The notes: generated by a model not told the origin, from the sequence alone. 60,477 nt of DNA from Lentisphaerae bacterium RIFOXYA12_FULL_48_11 (GCA_001804885.1 MHBM01000050.1:1-60477), one strand, 5' to 3'. Shown: positions 30,377 through 40,129, counted from the stretch's first letter. A program made the numbers and translations.

Positions 30377-31500
30377 ATACAGACAACACCACACCAGCCA
30401 TAAACGTTTACGGAAGTCTGTTTTCGCTCGCACAACAGAGAACTGAAATTCTAAGCCGCCTCCTTGCCGCCAAGGCTAAAACAGTGGCCATATGGGGTGC
30501 CGGAATAAATGGAGATTTTGTCGCCCGCGCTCTTCTTGATTCTCCCGTAAAAATCGTCTCTTTCTATGATCGCGCCCTTGCCGGCAAACGGATTCTGGGA
30601 ATACCAGTACTGCCTGAACCCGACAGCGTGAAAGAACTGGATGCCATTCTTATCTGTATGAACGGTCCAGTAGAAGCCATCAAAAGAATCACCGGAATCT
30701 GCAAGACATCAAAAACAACCTGTATTCAGGTCATAAATATTGAACACGGCATGGCGACCACAACATGGACGGCAGCCGCAAAACATCATCGACTGGACGA
30801 ATACGCCGGGACCATGAAAGGACAGCGTTGTTTCGTCGTTGGAAATGGTCCCTCATTGAATAAGATCGACATGAGCCGCCTGGCCGGTGAGATCGTTATC
30901 GGATCAAACCGGTGTTTCATCGGTTTTGAAAAATGGGGTGTCCAGTTTCCGTTCTGGGGAGTCGAAGACATGGAAGTCGGGGGATGGCAGTCGGAAGGTT
31001 GGAAGAAAATGCGGGGAACCGTCAAGTTTGTTCCTGCGGATATGCTTAAATTCGCCGATCCAAACGATACTGACGTGTGTCCTATCCAACTCTTTAGAAC
31101 TAATTTCACCAGTACATATCCATTGTTCAGCATTTATCCCGACCTTCTTTTTTCCGGACGCACGGTGACATATGTTCTGCTCCAGCTTGCGGCAATTATG
31201 GGATGTTCTCCCATTTATCTCATTGGAGTCGATTTCCGTTTTACTCAGTCAAACGTTGCCCCGGAACCACACAGCGAGGTCTGGTGGCAAAAGGGAAAAG
31301 ATCAGAATCATTTTGACCCTTCATACATTCCCGAAGGTCGGTTCCTGCACCAACCCCATCTGGACCTGCAAAGACTGGCATTTATGAGCGCGCGTCAAAG
31401 CGCCAAGCTACACGGATTCGAGATATTTAACGCCACTCCCGGCTCCGCACTTGATGTCTTTCCGCATGTAGAGTATGCAAGCTTGTTCACAAAGAAATAA
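30373..31500 (+). CDS. second DUF115 / CstII-like putative transferase with N-terminal Rossmann-like module
   Basis: FVVGNGPSLNKID, GSNR, GCSPIYLIGVDF, NHF, NATPGSALDVFP. Confidence 0.75.
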   Translation: MNTDNTTPAINVYGSLFSLAQQRTEILSRLLAAKAKTVAIWGAGINGDFVARALLDSPVKIVSFYDRALAGKRILGIPVLPEPDSVKELDAILICMNGPVEAIKRITGICKTSKTTCIQVINIEHGMATTTWTAAAKHHRLDEYAGTMKGQRCFVVGNGPSLNKIDMSRLAGEIVIGSNRCFIGFEKWGVQFPFWGVEDMEVGGWQSEGWKKMRGTVKFVPADMLKFADPNDTDVCPIQLFRTNFTSTYPLFSIYPDLLFSGRTVTYVLLQLAAIMGCSPIYLIGVDFRFTQSNVAPEPHSEVWWQKGKDQNHFDPSYIPEGRFLHQPHLDLQRLAFMSARQSAKLHGFEIFNATPGSALDVFPHVEYASLFTKK

Positions 31501-31576
31501 TTTAGGACCTGAATTTTACGCAGCGACGCACAGAATTCACGTCAGGTCGCAACACTAGAAACCGGTCGGTTGTGGT

Positions 31577-31672
31577 GGGAACAGCAGACAGCCTGGAACC
31601 AGGTGACAGCACCACTCAACACGATATCAAGCTGAGGGCGGACCGCGCCACTGAAACGGTGATCCTGAAAAT
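31577..31672 (+). pseudogene. degenerate fragment of the inositol monophosphatase 5' region
   Basis: Aligns with 25462-25558 (shared CAGCCTGGAACCAGGTGACA, CACTCAACACGATATCAAGCTG, GCGGACCGCGCC); carries a 1-nt deletion and no start. Confidence 0.85.
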
Positions 31673-31737
31673 GCACAGGTGGAAGGACGAAGATATGCAG
31701 TTGACACCTGTCTGATAGTTTTGGTTATATCCTACAA

Positions 31738-32994
31738 ATGTCACAAAATAACACATCCATCGTCCATACAAGAAATCTCTACACAAAACGGATTCAACCG
31801 TTCATGGGCCGCCCGATGGTCAAGATCCTCACAGGAATGCGACGCGTCGGCAAGAGTTGTCTGCTGCACCTGCTACACGACGAGCTTCTGAAAAAAGGCA
31901 CAAAACATTCAAACATTTGCTTCATCGACAAGGAATCCCTTGATTTCGACACCATCCGAACAGACCATAACCTGCACGAGTTTGTCATCGCCACCTTCAA
32001 GAAATGCAAGGGACCCAGGACTCTCCTGATCGACGAGGTTCAACTCATAGAAAAATGGGAACGCGCAATAGGCTCTCTGGCAGGTAAAGGCGACATGGAT
32101 ATTGTGCTAACCGGTTCCAACGCACAGCTCCTTTCCTCAGAATTGGCAACCCGGCTGTCCGGACGTTATATCGAATTCCCTATCTTCGGCCTGGGTTTCT
32201 CGGAATTCCTGACATTCCGAGGTCGGGCCGTCGAAAACCGTGAAACGGAATTCCTCCGATTCCTGCGATATGGAGGACTTCCAGTGCTGCACCACATGGA
32301 AATGACCGACGAGGTCATTTTCCAATGTCTAAACTCCATTTACAGCACAATATTACTCAAAGACATTGTAAGCCGGCATTCCATACGTCAAGTGCCACTG
32401 CTCGAAAATATAATCCGTTTCGTATTCGATAATGTCGGACAACCCATCTCGGCCAACCGTATCGCCGCACATTTGAAGTCTCAACGCCTGCATGTTGGCG
32501 TCGATACGGTAATCAACTATCTCGGGTACTTCCAGGAGGCCTTGATCACCCACAAAGCGGCACGTTATGACATCAAAGGACGACGGCTCCTCGAAACGTA
32601 CGACAAGCATTACATTGGAGACCTCGGTCTGCGCCACGCCCTGCTGGGTTATCGGGAATCTGACATCTCGCACCTACTGGAGAACGTAGTCTACCTGGAA
32701 CTGCGCAGAAGAGGCTACAACGTAGCAATCGGCAAATGGGGCAACCGGGAGATTGACTTCATAGCCTTAAGAGAAAAGGAAAAAATATACATCCAAGTCG
32801 CGTATCTGCTGGCCACACCTGAAACCGTACAACGCGAGTTCAAGCCCCTTCAGGAAACGCCTGACAACTATCCCAAACTTGTGCTCAGCATGGATCCACT
32901 GTTTGGCGACGATCATGAAGGCGTCCGGCGCATGCACCTGCTCGATTTCCTTCTCCAAACAACATCCGACGAACAACGTGCTGCGGCAAAATGA
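31738..32994 (+). CDS. AAA_14 + DUF4143 ATPase (copy 2)
   Basis: GMRRVGKS, LLIDEVQ, TGSN, SGR, DLGLRH, LENVVY, EIDF...YIQVAY. Confidence 0.9.
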   Translation: MSQNNTSIVHTRNLYTKRIQPFMGRPMVKILTGMRRVGKSCLLHLLHDELLKKGTKHSNICFIDKESLDFDTIRTDHNLHEFVIATFKKCKGPRTLLIDEVQLIEKWERAIGSLAGKGDMDIVLTGSNAQLLSSELATRLSGRYIEFPIFGLGFSEFLTFRGRAVENRETEFLRFLRYGGLPVLHHMEMTDEVIFQCLNSIYSTILLKDIVSRHSIRQVPLLENIIRFVFDNVGQPISANRIAAHLKSQRLHVGVDTVINYLGYFQEALITHKAARYDIKGRRLLETYDKHYIGDLGLRHALLGYRESDISHLLENVVYLELRRRGYNVAIGKWGNREIDFIALREKEKIYIQVAYLLATPETVQREFKPLQETPDNYPKLVLSMDPLFGDDHEGVRRMHLLDFLLQTTSDEQRAAAK

Positions 32995-33102
32995 CCATAA
33001 CTCCTATAAAGCCAGCACATCAGGCCGCAACAGAAGCCGGAGAACTGGAAGCTATTTGCCTTGGTTGCCTGAACTTGCTATCTTCGACTAATAATTATCG
33101 TT

Positions 33103-33297
33103 ATGAAATCACCAGCTGAACAGAAAATAATACAGATCGACATCACAAACGCGTGCATCCATAAATGTTCCAACTGCACGCGCCATTGCGGTCATCATGA
33201 TAAACCTTTTTTCATGGATCTTAACACTTTCAAGAAGGCCGTGGATTCACTTGATGGATTTCGGGGCATGGTATCTTTGCTCGTAGGCTGGGTTTGA
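33103..33297 (+). pseudogene. truncated 5' copy of the radical SAM gene at 35153
   Basis: 51 of the first 57 aa are identical to the 35153 product; homology ends at 33273 and the frame stops 8 codons later. Confidence 0.9.
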
Positions 33298-33302
33298 AAA
33301 CG

Positions 33303-33331
33303 TTGACAATAATAAATCTATGGTTTATCTT
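33303..33331 (+). promoter_or_regulatory. sigma70-like promoter of the abiE operon
   Basis: TTGACA-17-TATCTT; short ATAAA / TTTAT inverted motifs nearby. Confidence 0.55.
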
Positions 33332-33390
33332 TAATTGTTTTAACGAACTGAATAGCGCACTTGGTTTGTTATAGGAAAAGAGAATAAACC

Positions 33391-34173
33391 TTGAGTATAC
33401 ATCACAAGACAAAGCTAAACAAGCTATTGCAGGCTATACATAGAAATGGAGTGGTGACGACCACTCGCCTGCAGGAACTCGCTATATCGCCACAGCTTGC
33501 AAGGATGTACGTCAAGAACGGCTGGCTGCAAAAACTCGGTGTAGGCGCTTTCGCAAGGGTTGGTGAATCCCCTGATTGGCTTGGTGGCGTCCATGCACTT
33601 CAATCCCAACTCGGATTGACGGTACACGTTGCAGCGGTAAGCGCCTTGGAGCTACAGGGACGAGCTCACTTCGTCCCGCTTGGCACGGGACGAAGCGTGA
33701 CGCTTGTCAGCGACCAAAGGGAGAGTCTCCCCAGGTGGTTCACCACGCATAAGTGGTCTGTCATTCTTAACCATCGCCGTCTTGGGTTATTCTCCTCTCT
33801 CCCTGGCGATAGCATCACACAGCTCGACTGTGGCGGGTTCTCTGTGCAGATATCTCCCCCAGAGAGGGCTATACTGGAGGAACTGCAACTCATACAGAGC
33901 AACAGTGCCCTCGAACATGCCATCCTGCTCATGGAGGGGTTGTCTACCCTCCGTCCAGGTATATTGCAGCAGTTGCTGGAGCTATGTACTTCAGTTAAGG
34001 CCAAGCGATTGCTCCTCTGGTCAGGCGAACACTGCCAGCACACCTGGATGAACCGGATTGACGTCACGAAGGTGGATCTTGGCGCCGGAAAGCGGCAGGT
34101 GTTCAAAGGGGGCGTTCTCGATCCCAAGTACCTGATCACGGTTCCAGGACCGGAGGAACTGCCAAATGTTTGA
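33391..34173 (+). CDS. abiEi: type IV TA AbiEi-family antitoxin
   Basis: KLNKLL start, GWLQKLGVGAF, SALELQGRAHF, SPPERAILE, SVKAKRL, DLGAGKR. Confidence 0.9.
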   Translation: MSIHHKTKLNKLLQAIHRNGVVTTTRLQELAISPQLARMYVKNGWLQKLGVGAFARVGESPDWLGGVHALQSQLGLTVHVAAVSALELQGRAHFVPLGTGRSVTLVSDQRESLPRWFTTHKWSVILNHRRLGLFSSLPGDSITQLDCGGFSVQISPPERAILEELQLIQSNSALEHAILLMEGLSTLRPGILQQLLELCTSVKAKRLLLWSGEHCQHTWMNRIDVTKVDLGAGKRQVFKGGVLDPKYLITVPGPEELPNV

Positions 34174-35077
34174 TCCCCGATTCCAAGCGCAAGTCTTTCT
34201 TGGTATTCGCTGTCTTCCTGAAGTTGCGAAGCATAACTGCTTCGCCCTTAAGGGCGGAACGGCAATCAATCTGTTTGTTCACGATTTGCCCAGGGTATCC
34301 GTGGATATCGATCTAACTTACCTTCCTTTGAAGTCACGCGATGAGTCACTCCAGGAAATCAGCGATACCCTCCAGCATATCAAGACAGAGATTGAAAGCT
34401 TAATTCCCGGCACTCGCGTTGCAGTGCGGCACGTGCAGGGATATGCCGCCAAGCTATCCGTTGCAACGGATTACACGGAGGTCAAGATTGAGCCCAATCT
34501 TGTTTTGCGTGGCGCCCTTTCTGCCCCCACTGTCCGAGAACTTTCCCCTCTCGCCCAGAAGCGCTTTAGATCAAGCGCCAGGATACAGACGCTGGCTAAC
34601 GCCGATCTTTACGGCGGAAAACTGTGTGCAGCTCTCGACCGGCAACATCCGAGGGATCTGTTCGACATCCGCCTTCTGTTGATGGACGAAGGCCTTACGC
34701 CTGCCATCCGTCGCGCATTTGTCGTCTATCTTGCCAGCCACACACGCCCGATCCATGAACTCCTGCAACCAAACCTAATCGACATGACCGATGCCTTCGA
34801 ACGACAGTTCGTCGGCATGACCATGGAGCCTGTAACTCTTGATGAGCTTGTCTGTACCCGTGAAAAGCTCATAGACATCCTGGTTCCGTCTCTGGACAAC
34901 AGCGAGAAGACATTTCTGCTCTCCATGAAGTCAGGCGATCCGGACTGGAGTGTCCTTGGTATCGAGAATCTGGAACGAATGCCGGCACTGCAGTGGAAGC
35001 TTATGAACATTCGCAGTATGGATGCTCGAAAACGTCAGGTACAATTGAGGTTGCTGCAGGAATTGCTATCCGCATAA
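34166..35077 (+). CDS. abiEii: type IV TA AbiEii-family nucleotidyltransferase toxin
   Basis: FALKGGTAINLF, RVSVDIDL, GKLCAALDRQHPRDLFD. Confidence 0.9.
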   Translation: MFDPRFQAQVFLGIRCLPEVAKHNCFALKGGTAINLFVHDLPRVSVDIDLTYLPLKSRDESLQEISDTLQHIKTEIESLIPGTRVAVRHVQGYAAKLSVATDYTEVKIEPNLVLRGALSAPTVRELSPLAQKRFRSSARIQTLANADLYGGKLCAALDRQHPRDLFDIRLLLMDEGLTPAIRRAFVVYLASHTRPIHELLQPNLIDMTDAFERQFVGMTMEPVTLDELVCTREKLIDILVPSLDNSEKTFLLSMKSGDPDWSVLGIENLERMPALQWKLMNIRSMDARKRQVQLRLLQELLSA

Positions 35078-35152
35078 AAAACGAGATCAGGAGGATGCCC
35101 GTGCAGATCAGTATTTGCCTAAACTTGCTGCCTTCGACTGATTATTATCACT

Positions 35153-37033
35153 ATGAAATCACCGGCTGATCAGAAAATTATTCAGATAGACATTACGAAC
35201 GCCTGCATACACAGGTGTTCCAACTGCACACGCCACTGTGGACATCATGATAAACCTTTTTTCATGGATCTTAACACTTTCAAGAAAGCCGTGGATTCAC
35301 TGGTGAAGCATCCCGGAATGGTAGGCATCATGGGCGGCGAGCCGACAATCCATCCCGATTTTGAAAAATTTATCGAATATTACCGCAGCAAAATTGGCCC
35401 GAAACAGAATTTCGAATTCGCCCGGAAACCGCTTGAAAACTTTACCGAACACGCCGAAGAGAATCTGGCGTTCGATACCACAAAACGTCGCGGCCTCTTC
35501 TCATCACTCGGAAATAAATACTACGAACATTTTGAAATCATACAGGACACCTTCTCATACCAGTGCCTTAATGATCATACCAATCCCGGCATGCATCAGG
35601 CACTGCTGGTAGCGCGGAAAGATCTCGGAATACCTGATGATGAATGGATAAAACTCCGGGACAAATGCTGGATCCAGAATCTCTGGAGTTCCTCCATCAC
35701 GCCTAAAGGGGCTTTCTTCTGCGAAGTGGCCGCCTCGCTGGATATGCTCTTTGACGGACCAGGCGGCTGGCCGATCGAACCCGACTGGTGGAAACGCACA
35801 CCCGCTGAGTTCGGCGACCAGCTCAAGTGGTGCGAACTCTGTGGAGCCGCACTCCAGGTACCCAGGCGGCGTGCCAACGAGGAAACAGACGACGTCTCGC
35901 CAACTATGTTCGAAAAACTTACCGCCGCCAATAGTCCGAAAACCCGCGAGCACAGAGTGGAAGTCATAAATACAACCGGCTATAATCCGGAAACATACAA
36001 ATGCAAACCGTCAAACGAATGGTATCTGCCTGAAGAAGATAATAAACAACGTATAAATGGCACTAACCACTCGCTATATCCACAGCATATTGATGCAATA
36101 ATAGTCTCGCGAAACGGCAAAACCATACAACACCTCGCCCAGTCAGCCGCCGAACAGTTCACCAATGTCATCCTGGCGTTGAACTCCAATCCGGACGACA
36201 TGAAACATCCGGCATCGAACATCAGCGTCTTAACCGTACCAAGCGCGTCGCGTGATGCACTCATCGCAGCAGCCGTAAAACAACTGAACCCGAAAAGCTG
36301 GGTCGCCGTTCTGGATGAAGACGTGGTGCTGTCGAAAGGTTTTGCAGACCAGCTGAAACGCTGGATACTCAATCCAGGCTGTATTTACCTGTTCAACCGC
36401 CACAACACATGGGGACTGGGCCACCGTCCTCTGATCCATACGGCTCACAATCAATCTCCGGACGATCTACGCGCCACCGCTTTTTGCTCGCTGTTCCACC
36501 CGAGAGCGCATGCAGTTCGCGATCTGATGAAAAATATTTCCAGCAGTGACCCGGTAAATCCCAGCAAACCGGAACACTGGCCTGACGGTAAACAAATAGA
36601 TATGCACTGGTTCTTCCTGCAACCGGATGCGCTGGCGGAACGCAAACAAACAGGCCGGGAAATGGCCGCGCACGCCGTATCTCTCTGGCAGGCCCTTCAG
36701 GATTGCCACAGAAAGATTGCACTCTACGGCGCCGGACACCACACACGCTGGTTCCTTCAACTTCTGGAAATTAAAAAGCTCCCGGCGCCTGTGGCTATTT
36801 TTGACGACAACCCGTTCTGCCAGGAAATAAACGGTATTCCCGTAATGCAACCTCAGACTGCCGATAGAAATTCATTCGATACGGTAGTCCTCTCCGTAGA
36901 CCCGGGCAGAATGACCGAGATTCTCAAGAACCGCTGCAAAGAACTCTGGGGAAATGCCTGTAACGTTGTGGAATTGTACCGTCAGTACCCTGAAGGGCGA
37001 TTTATGAAAATATTACCAAATCCGGGTCATTAA
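35153..37033 (+). CDS. radical SAM protein with C-terminal Rossmann-like module
   Basis: CIHRCSNC, GGEPTIHP, GAFFCE, CELCG; C-terminal IALYGAGHHT module. Confidence 0.85.
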   Translation: MKSPADQKIIQIDITNACIHRCSNCTRHCGHHDKPFFMDLNTFKKAVDSLVKHPGMVGIMGGEPTIHPDFEKFIEYYRSKIGPKQNFEFARKPLENFTEHAEENLAFDTTKRRGLFSSLGNKYYEHFEIIQDTFSYQCLNDHTNPGMHQALLVARKDLGIPDDEWIKLRDKCWIQNLWSSSITPKGAFFCEVAASLDMLFDGPGGWPIEPDWWKRTPAEFGDQLKWCELCGAALQVPRRRANEETDDVSPTMFEKLTAANSPKTREHRVEVINTTGYNPETYKCKPSNEWYLPEEDNKQRINGTNHSLYPQHIDAIIVSRNGKTIQHLAQSAAEQFTNVILALNSNPDDMKHPASNISVLTVPSASRDALIAAAVKQLNPKSWVAVLDEDVVLSKGFADQLKRWILNPGCIYLFNRHNTWGLGHRPLIHTAHNQSPDDLRATAFCSLFHPRAHAVRDLMKNISSSDPVNPSKPEHWPDGKQIDMHWFFLQPDALAERKQTGREMAAHAVSLWQALQDCHRKIALYGAGHHTRWFLQLLEIKKLPAPVAIFDDNPFCQEINGIPVMQPQTADRNSFDTVVLSVDPGRMTEILKNRCKELWGNACNVVELYRQYPEGRFMKILPNPGH

Positions 37034-37036
37034 CAT

Positions 37037-38854
37037 ATGTCAGCACCCGTATCTACTACTAACGCAAATTCCGGCACTAAAACCGGACATAACAGTCAAC
37101 TTGTCTTTACCACACGATTGATCCAGCTCTATTACCAACCAAATATCCATGTCATACCGGTCGAATTTCCCCTCCCCGCTAATGCAGCTGCAGTCCCTGA
37201 AAGTTTTATTACATGGCTATGTTCAGACCTGGCAAGCGTACCTGAAATAATCAATCAACTGGCCATCCCTGTCCTGTCGGTCAGTAATGAATCTGTTACC
37301 GCAGCCATTCTGAATTCCCGCATAGTCGCTTTTCGCGGATCCGAAAAAGATGCGCCCTCATGGCTATCTCTATGTCTCCGGACAGGACGGATTCCGGTAC
37401 TGACAGGTAATGCAATAACCCTGCCTTTCGCAGACAAGATTGACTACCGTAATACCGTATTCCTTCTTGGTGAGGAACCTGTGGAACTCGCAATGCTCAA
37501 ACAGTTTGACTCTATTCCAGAAAACGAGCTGCAAGCGATTGCGCAACGTTGTATCGAAATAGGAAACAACTACTTTACCCGGGCACAAATTGAAAAGCAG
37601 ATTCTCCTGATAAAGGCAAACGACCAGGTCGATGAACAAAATAAAAGAAATCAGGTAATACCATCTGAACCACCCAACCAATTCCCGGCCTTCACGCCCG
37701 ACGGTCAACTGATACGCGAAAACGACCTCATGCGATCGATGTGGATGGAACTGAGCCGGCAATTCCCGCCCCAAAGCTCCAAACCAATTATTTGTTTCGG
37801 GGCTGGACGATTCTTGCAACGGTTTCTGAACTGCATCGACGGCATGTCATACGGGCCAAGCATCCTGGGAGTCGCAGATGATAACGCGACAGAGGAACAG
37901 ACACTCAACGGGATTCCCGTAAGGAAACCTTCTGATTTCTCAAACACAGATTTTTCGGCAGTGCTGCTGGCAACTGACTCAATCGAAGATATACTCGCGG
38001 AACGCTGTAAGAAAGAATATGGAGAACGGGTTCAGCTTATACGGCCCAGTCAAAGCATGACCATAACTCCTGTATCTCAAGCCAATATTGCATCAACAAT
38101 TCAGGCCCGCTCTACGAAAATCCTGCATACGCCAAAACGAATCACACTTCCACGCAAACTGGAAGCCATCATTGTGTGCGCCGGCTACAGCGATATTTTA
38201 TCATGGACGCTTTCGTGGAACCGGGAACAATTTGACAACATTGCCATAGTAACATCATCCGCAGATACCAGAACACAGGAGATCGCCCGACAGCATAATG
38301 CCAGACTGATCATATCCGACCGGTATCGTGACAGCTCAGCAGGATTTAACAAAGGCAAAATGCTCAACGACGGAGTGACAGCTCTGGATATGGATGACTG
38401 GCTGCTTATCACCGACGCAGACATCCTCTTCCTCCCCAATATGCGCCAACGGGTAACGCAACGTATGCTTCACCCGGACTGTCTGTACTACGCAACCCGT
38501 GTAGACGCTCCTGAAAAGCATACTGAAGAATGGCTCACGTCGTTTATTAAAAACCCTCAAGTGACCAACTCACTGCCATTCAATCAGCCGGGTCGCAACC
38601 GTATGCCTTGGGGGTATTTCCAGCTTGTTAACGCCAGATCGGAGAACCTGACCAGCCATAATGGAAAAATTTTCAGCGAGGAGTTCGAGACCGCCTGTGA
38701 TATTGATTACGCCTTCCAGGAACAATGGCATCCGACAATGAAAATACTTTTGCCTGAACTGACTGTCCATATCCCACACGGCAAAGAAGGCACAAACTGG
38801 ACAGGAAGGAAAAGCCCGCCGATTAACTACCTGCAAAGTCCTGCCGAGAACTAA
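37037..38854 (+). CDS. multidomain glycosyltransferase: exostosin-like segment + Rossmann-like module + GT-A domain
   Basis: GRIPVL...LPFADKIDY (GT47-like); IICFGAGR module; FNKGKMLN, WLLITDADI, GYFQL. Confidence 0.6.
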   Translation: MSAPVSTTNANSGTKTGHNSQLVFTTRLIQLYYQPNIHVIPVEFPLPANAAAVPESFITWLCSDLASVPEIINQLAIPVLSVSNESVTAAILNSRIVAFRGSEKDAPSWLSLCLRTGRIPVLTGNAITLPFADKIDYRNTVFLLGEEPVELAMLKQFDSIPENELQAIAQRCIEIGNNYFTRAQIEKQILLIKANDQVDEQNKRNQVIPSEPPNQFPAFTPDGQLIRENDLMRSMWMELSRQFPPQSSKPIICFGAGRFLQRFLNCIDGMSYGPSILGVADDNATEEQTLNGIPVRKPSDFSNTDFSAVLLATDSIEDILAERCKKEYGERVQLIRPSQSMTITPVSQANIASTIQARSTKILHTPKRITLPRKLEAIIVCAGYSDILSWTLSWNREQFDNIAIVTSSADTRTQEIARQHNARLIISDRYRDSSAGFNKGKMLNDGVTALDMDDWLLITDADILFLPNMRQRVTQRMLHPDCLYYATRVDAPEKHTEEWLTSFIKNPQVTNSLPFNQPGRNRMPWGYFQLVNARSENLTSHNGKIFSEEFETACDIDYAFQEQWHPTMKILLPELTVHIPHGKEGTNWTGRKSPPINYLQSPAEN

Positions 38855-38890
38855 TACGGCACTCAGCCAACCCCATATTAAGCGCGGGTA

Positions 38891-40129
38891 TTACGCCACG
38901 GCTGCAGGCATCTCCGTATTCTCGATAAATGGCGGAATGATTTTCAACCTTTTGATCTCGGCAACGTATTCACAATTCAGGTTCTTCATGCATTCCGGAT
39001 ATAATAACCCCCTGGTGTGGGCAATTCGTGAACGCAGATACTTTACATTGCGGAAAAGAGGACCATCATAAATGTTTCCTATATCCACCCCTACGTTACA
39101 GCATGGATTCATGACGCCATTCAGTTGAACATGCACATCCTGCAGCCAGGGGCATCCCTTACAACTCAGGAATTTCTGATCTTCAGGGATCTCTACCTTG
39201 GAACTTGATTCTGCCAGGTTCGTCTTTGGCCCTGCACCAGTTGCTCCATCCCGCCTTTCTCCCTTCCTGTCCAGAGACTGTCCGGCAATTACAACATCTG
39301 CAGGCAACTCCAATCTAACTCCTGAACGTGAAGCAACTTGCTGCGCATCTTTGATAGCCTGGGGCCAATTTACATTACGCATAAAATCACCAGGCATATA
39401 GTCACGAAGCATGTGACTCAACAACACCCGCTCAGCCTCAAGCTCCGCTGCCAATTCCACAAATTCCGGCAACTGCTCGATGTTGTCCTCCATGCCTACC
39501 ATCAGCAGAGACATCGCCGGATACTTCACCCCGCGACTGCGTTTGGCATCACGAAAATTTCTTAGATTTCCAAGAACCCTGTCAAGCGATGCTCTACGAA
39601 TTGCCTGATAAGTTGCAGGTCTGCAGGCGTCTAGAGATATGTTGAGACGTGAAGCACCTGGATCAGACACCATAACATCTATCATCCTGTCGTTCAAAAG
39701 ATGTCCATTGGTGACTATATCCCAATTGGCCTTGTGTTCCCTCGTCAAACGCAGATTTCCGGCAAGTTCGGGATTCATTAGAGGTTCACTGTTGCCGGCA
39801 ACAAACGTTACCAGTTCGACTGTTGGGGTATTGATCAGCATTTTCTCAAGACGGGCCACTTCAAGGTAACTAAGTTTGCCCCGGCTCCCTCCACACATGC
39901 GACAGGCTAGATTGCAACAGCCCTCAACCGCGACAACGCTCAAGCGTCGGGGTAAGAGTAGAATCCAGAACATTTCACCGATTCCAGGAACATCCTGATG
40001 GGCTAGAATATAATCAGTAAGCGCTTCACGGGCATTCCCTTTGAGAAAATGGCGGGAAAGCAGGAAATTAACAAATTCCTGAGGATTCCTGGAGAATTCA
40101 ATTTGAACACGCGATGTCCAATCGCTCAT
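38891..40129 (-). CDS. radical SAM/SPASM protein, convergent with the glycan locus
   Basis: CNLACRMC, SEPLMNP, VTNGHLL, ISLDA, CPWL, NGVMNPCC. Confidence 0.85.
   Translation of the reverse strand: MSDWTSRVQIEFSRNPQEFVNFLLSRHFLKGNAREALTDYILAHQDVPGIGEMFWILLLPRRLSVVAVEGCCNLACRMCGGSRGKLSYLEVARLEKMLINTPTVELVTFVAGNSEPLMNPELAGNLRLTREHKANWDIVTNGHLLNDRMIDVMVSDPGASRLNISLDACRPATYQAIRRASLDRVLGNLRNFRDAKRSRGVKYPAMSLLMVGMEDNIEQLPEFVELAAELEAERVLLSHMLRDYMPGDFMRNVNWPQAIKDAQQVASRSGVRLELPADVVIAGQSLDRKGERRDGATGAGPKTNLAESSSKVEIPEDQKFLSCKGCPWLQDVHVQLNGVMNPCCNVGVDIGNIYDGPLFRNVKYLRSRIAHTRGLLYPECMKNLNCEYVAEIKRLKIIPPFIENTEMPAAVA

Noticed and set aside
33067-35323. Diversity-generating retroelement TR/VR pair
   Set aside because: No reverse transcriptase is present, mismatches are not adenine-specific, and the repeat is at a 5' end rather than a C-terminal variable region.
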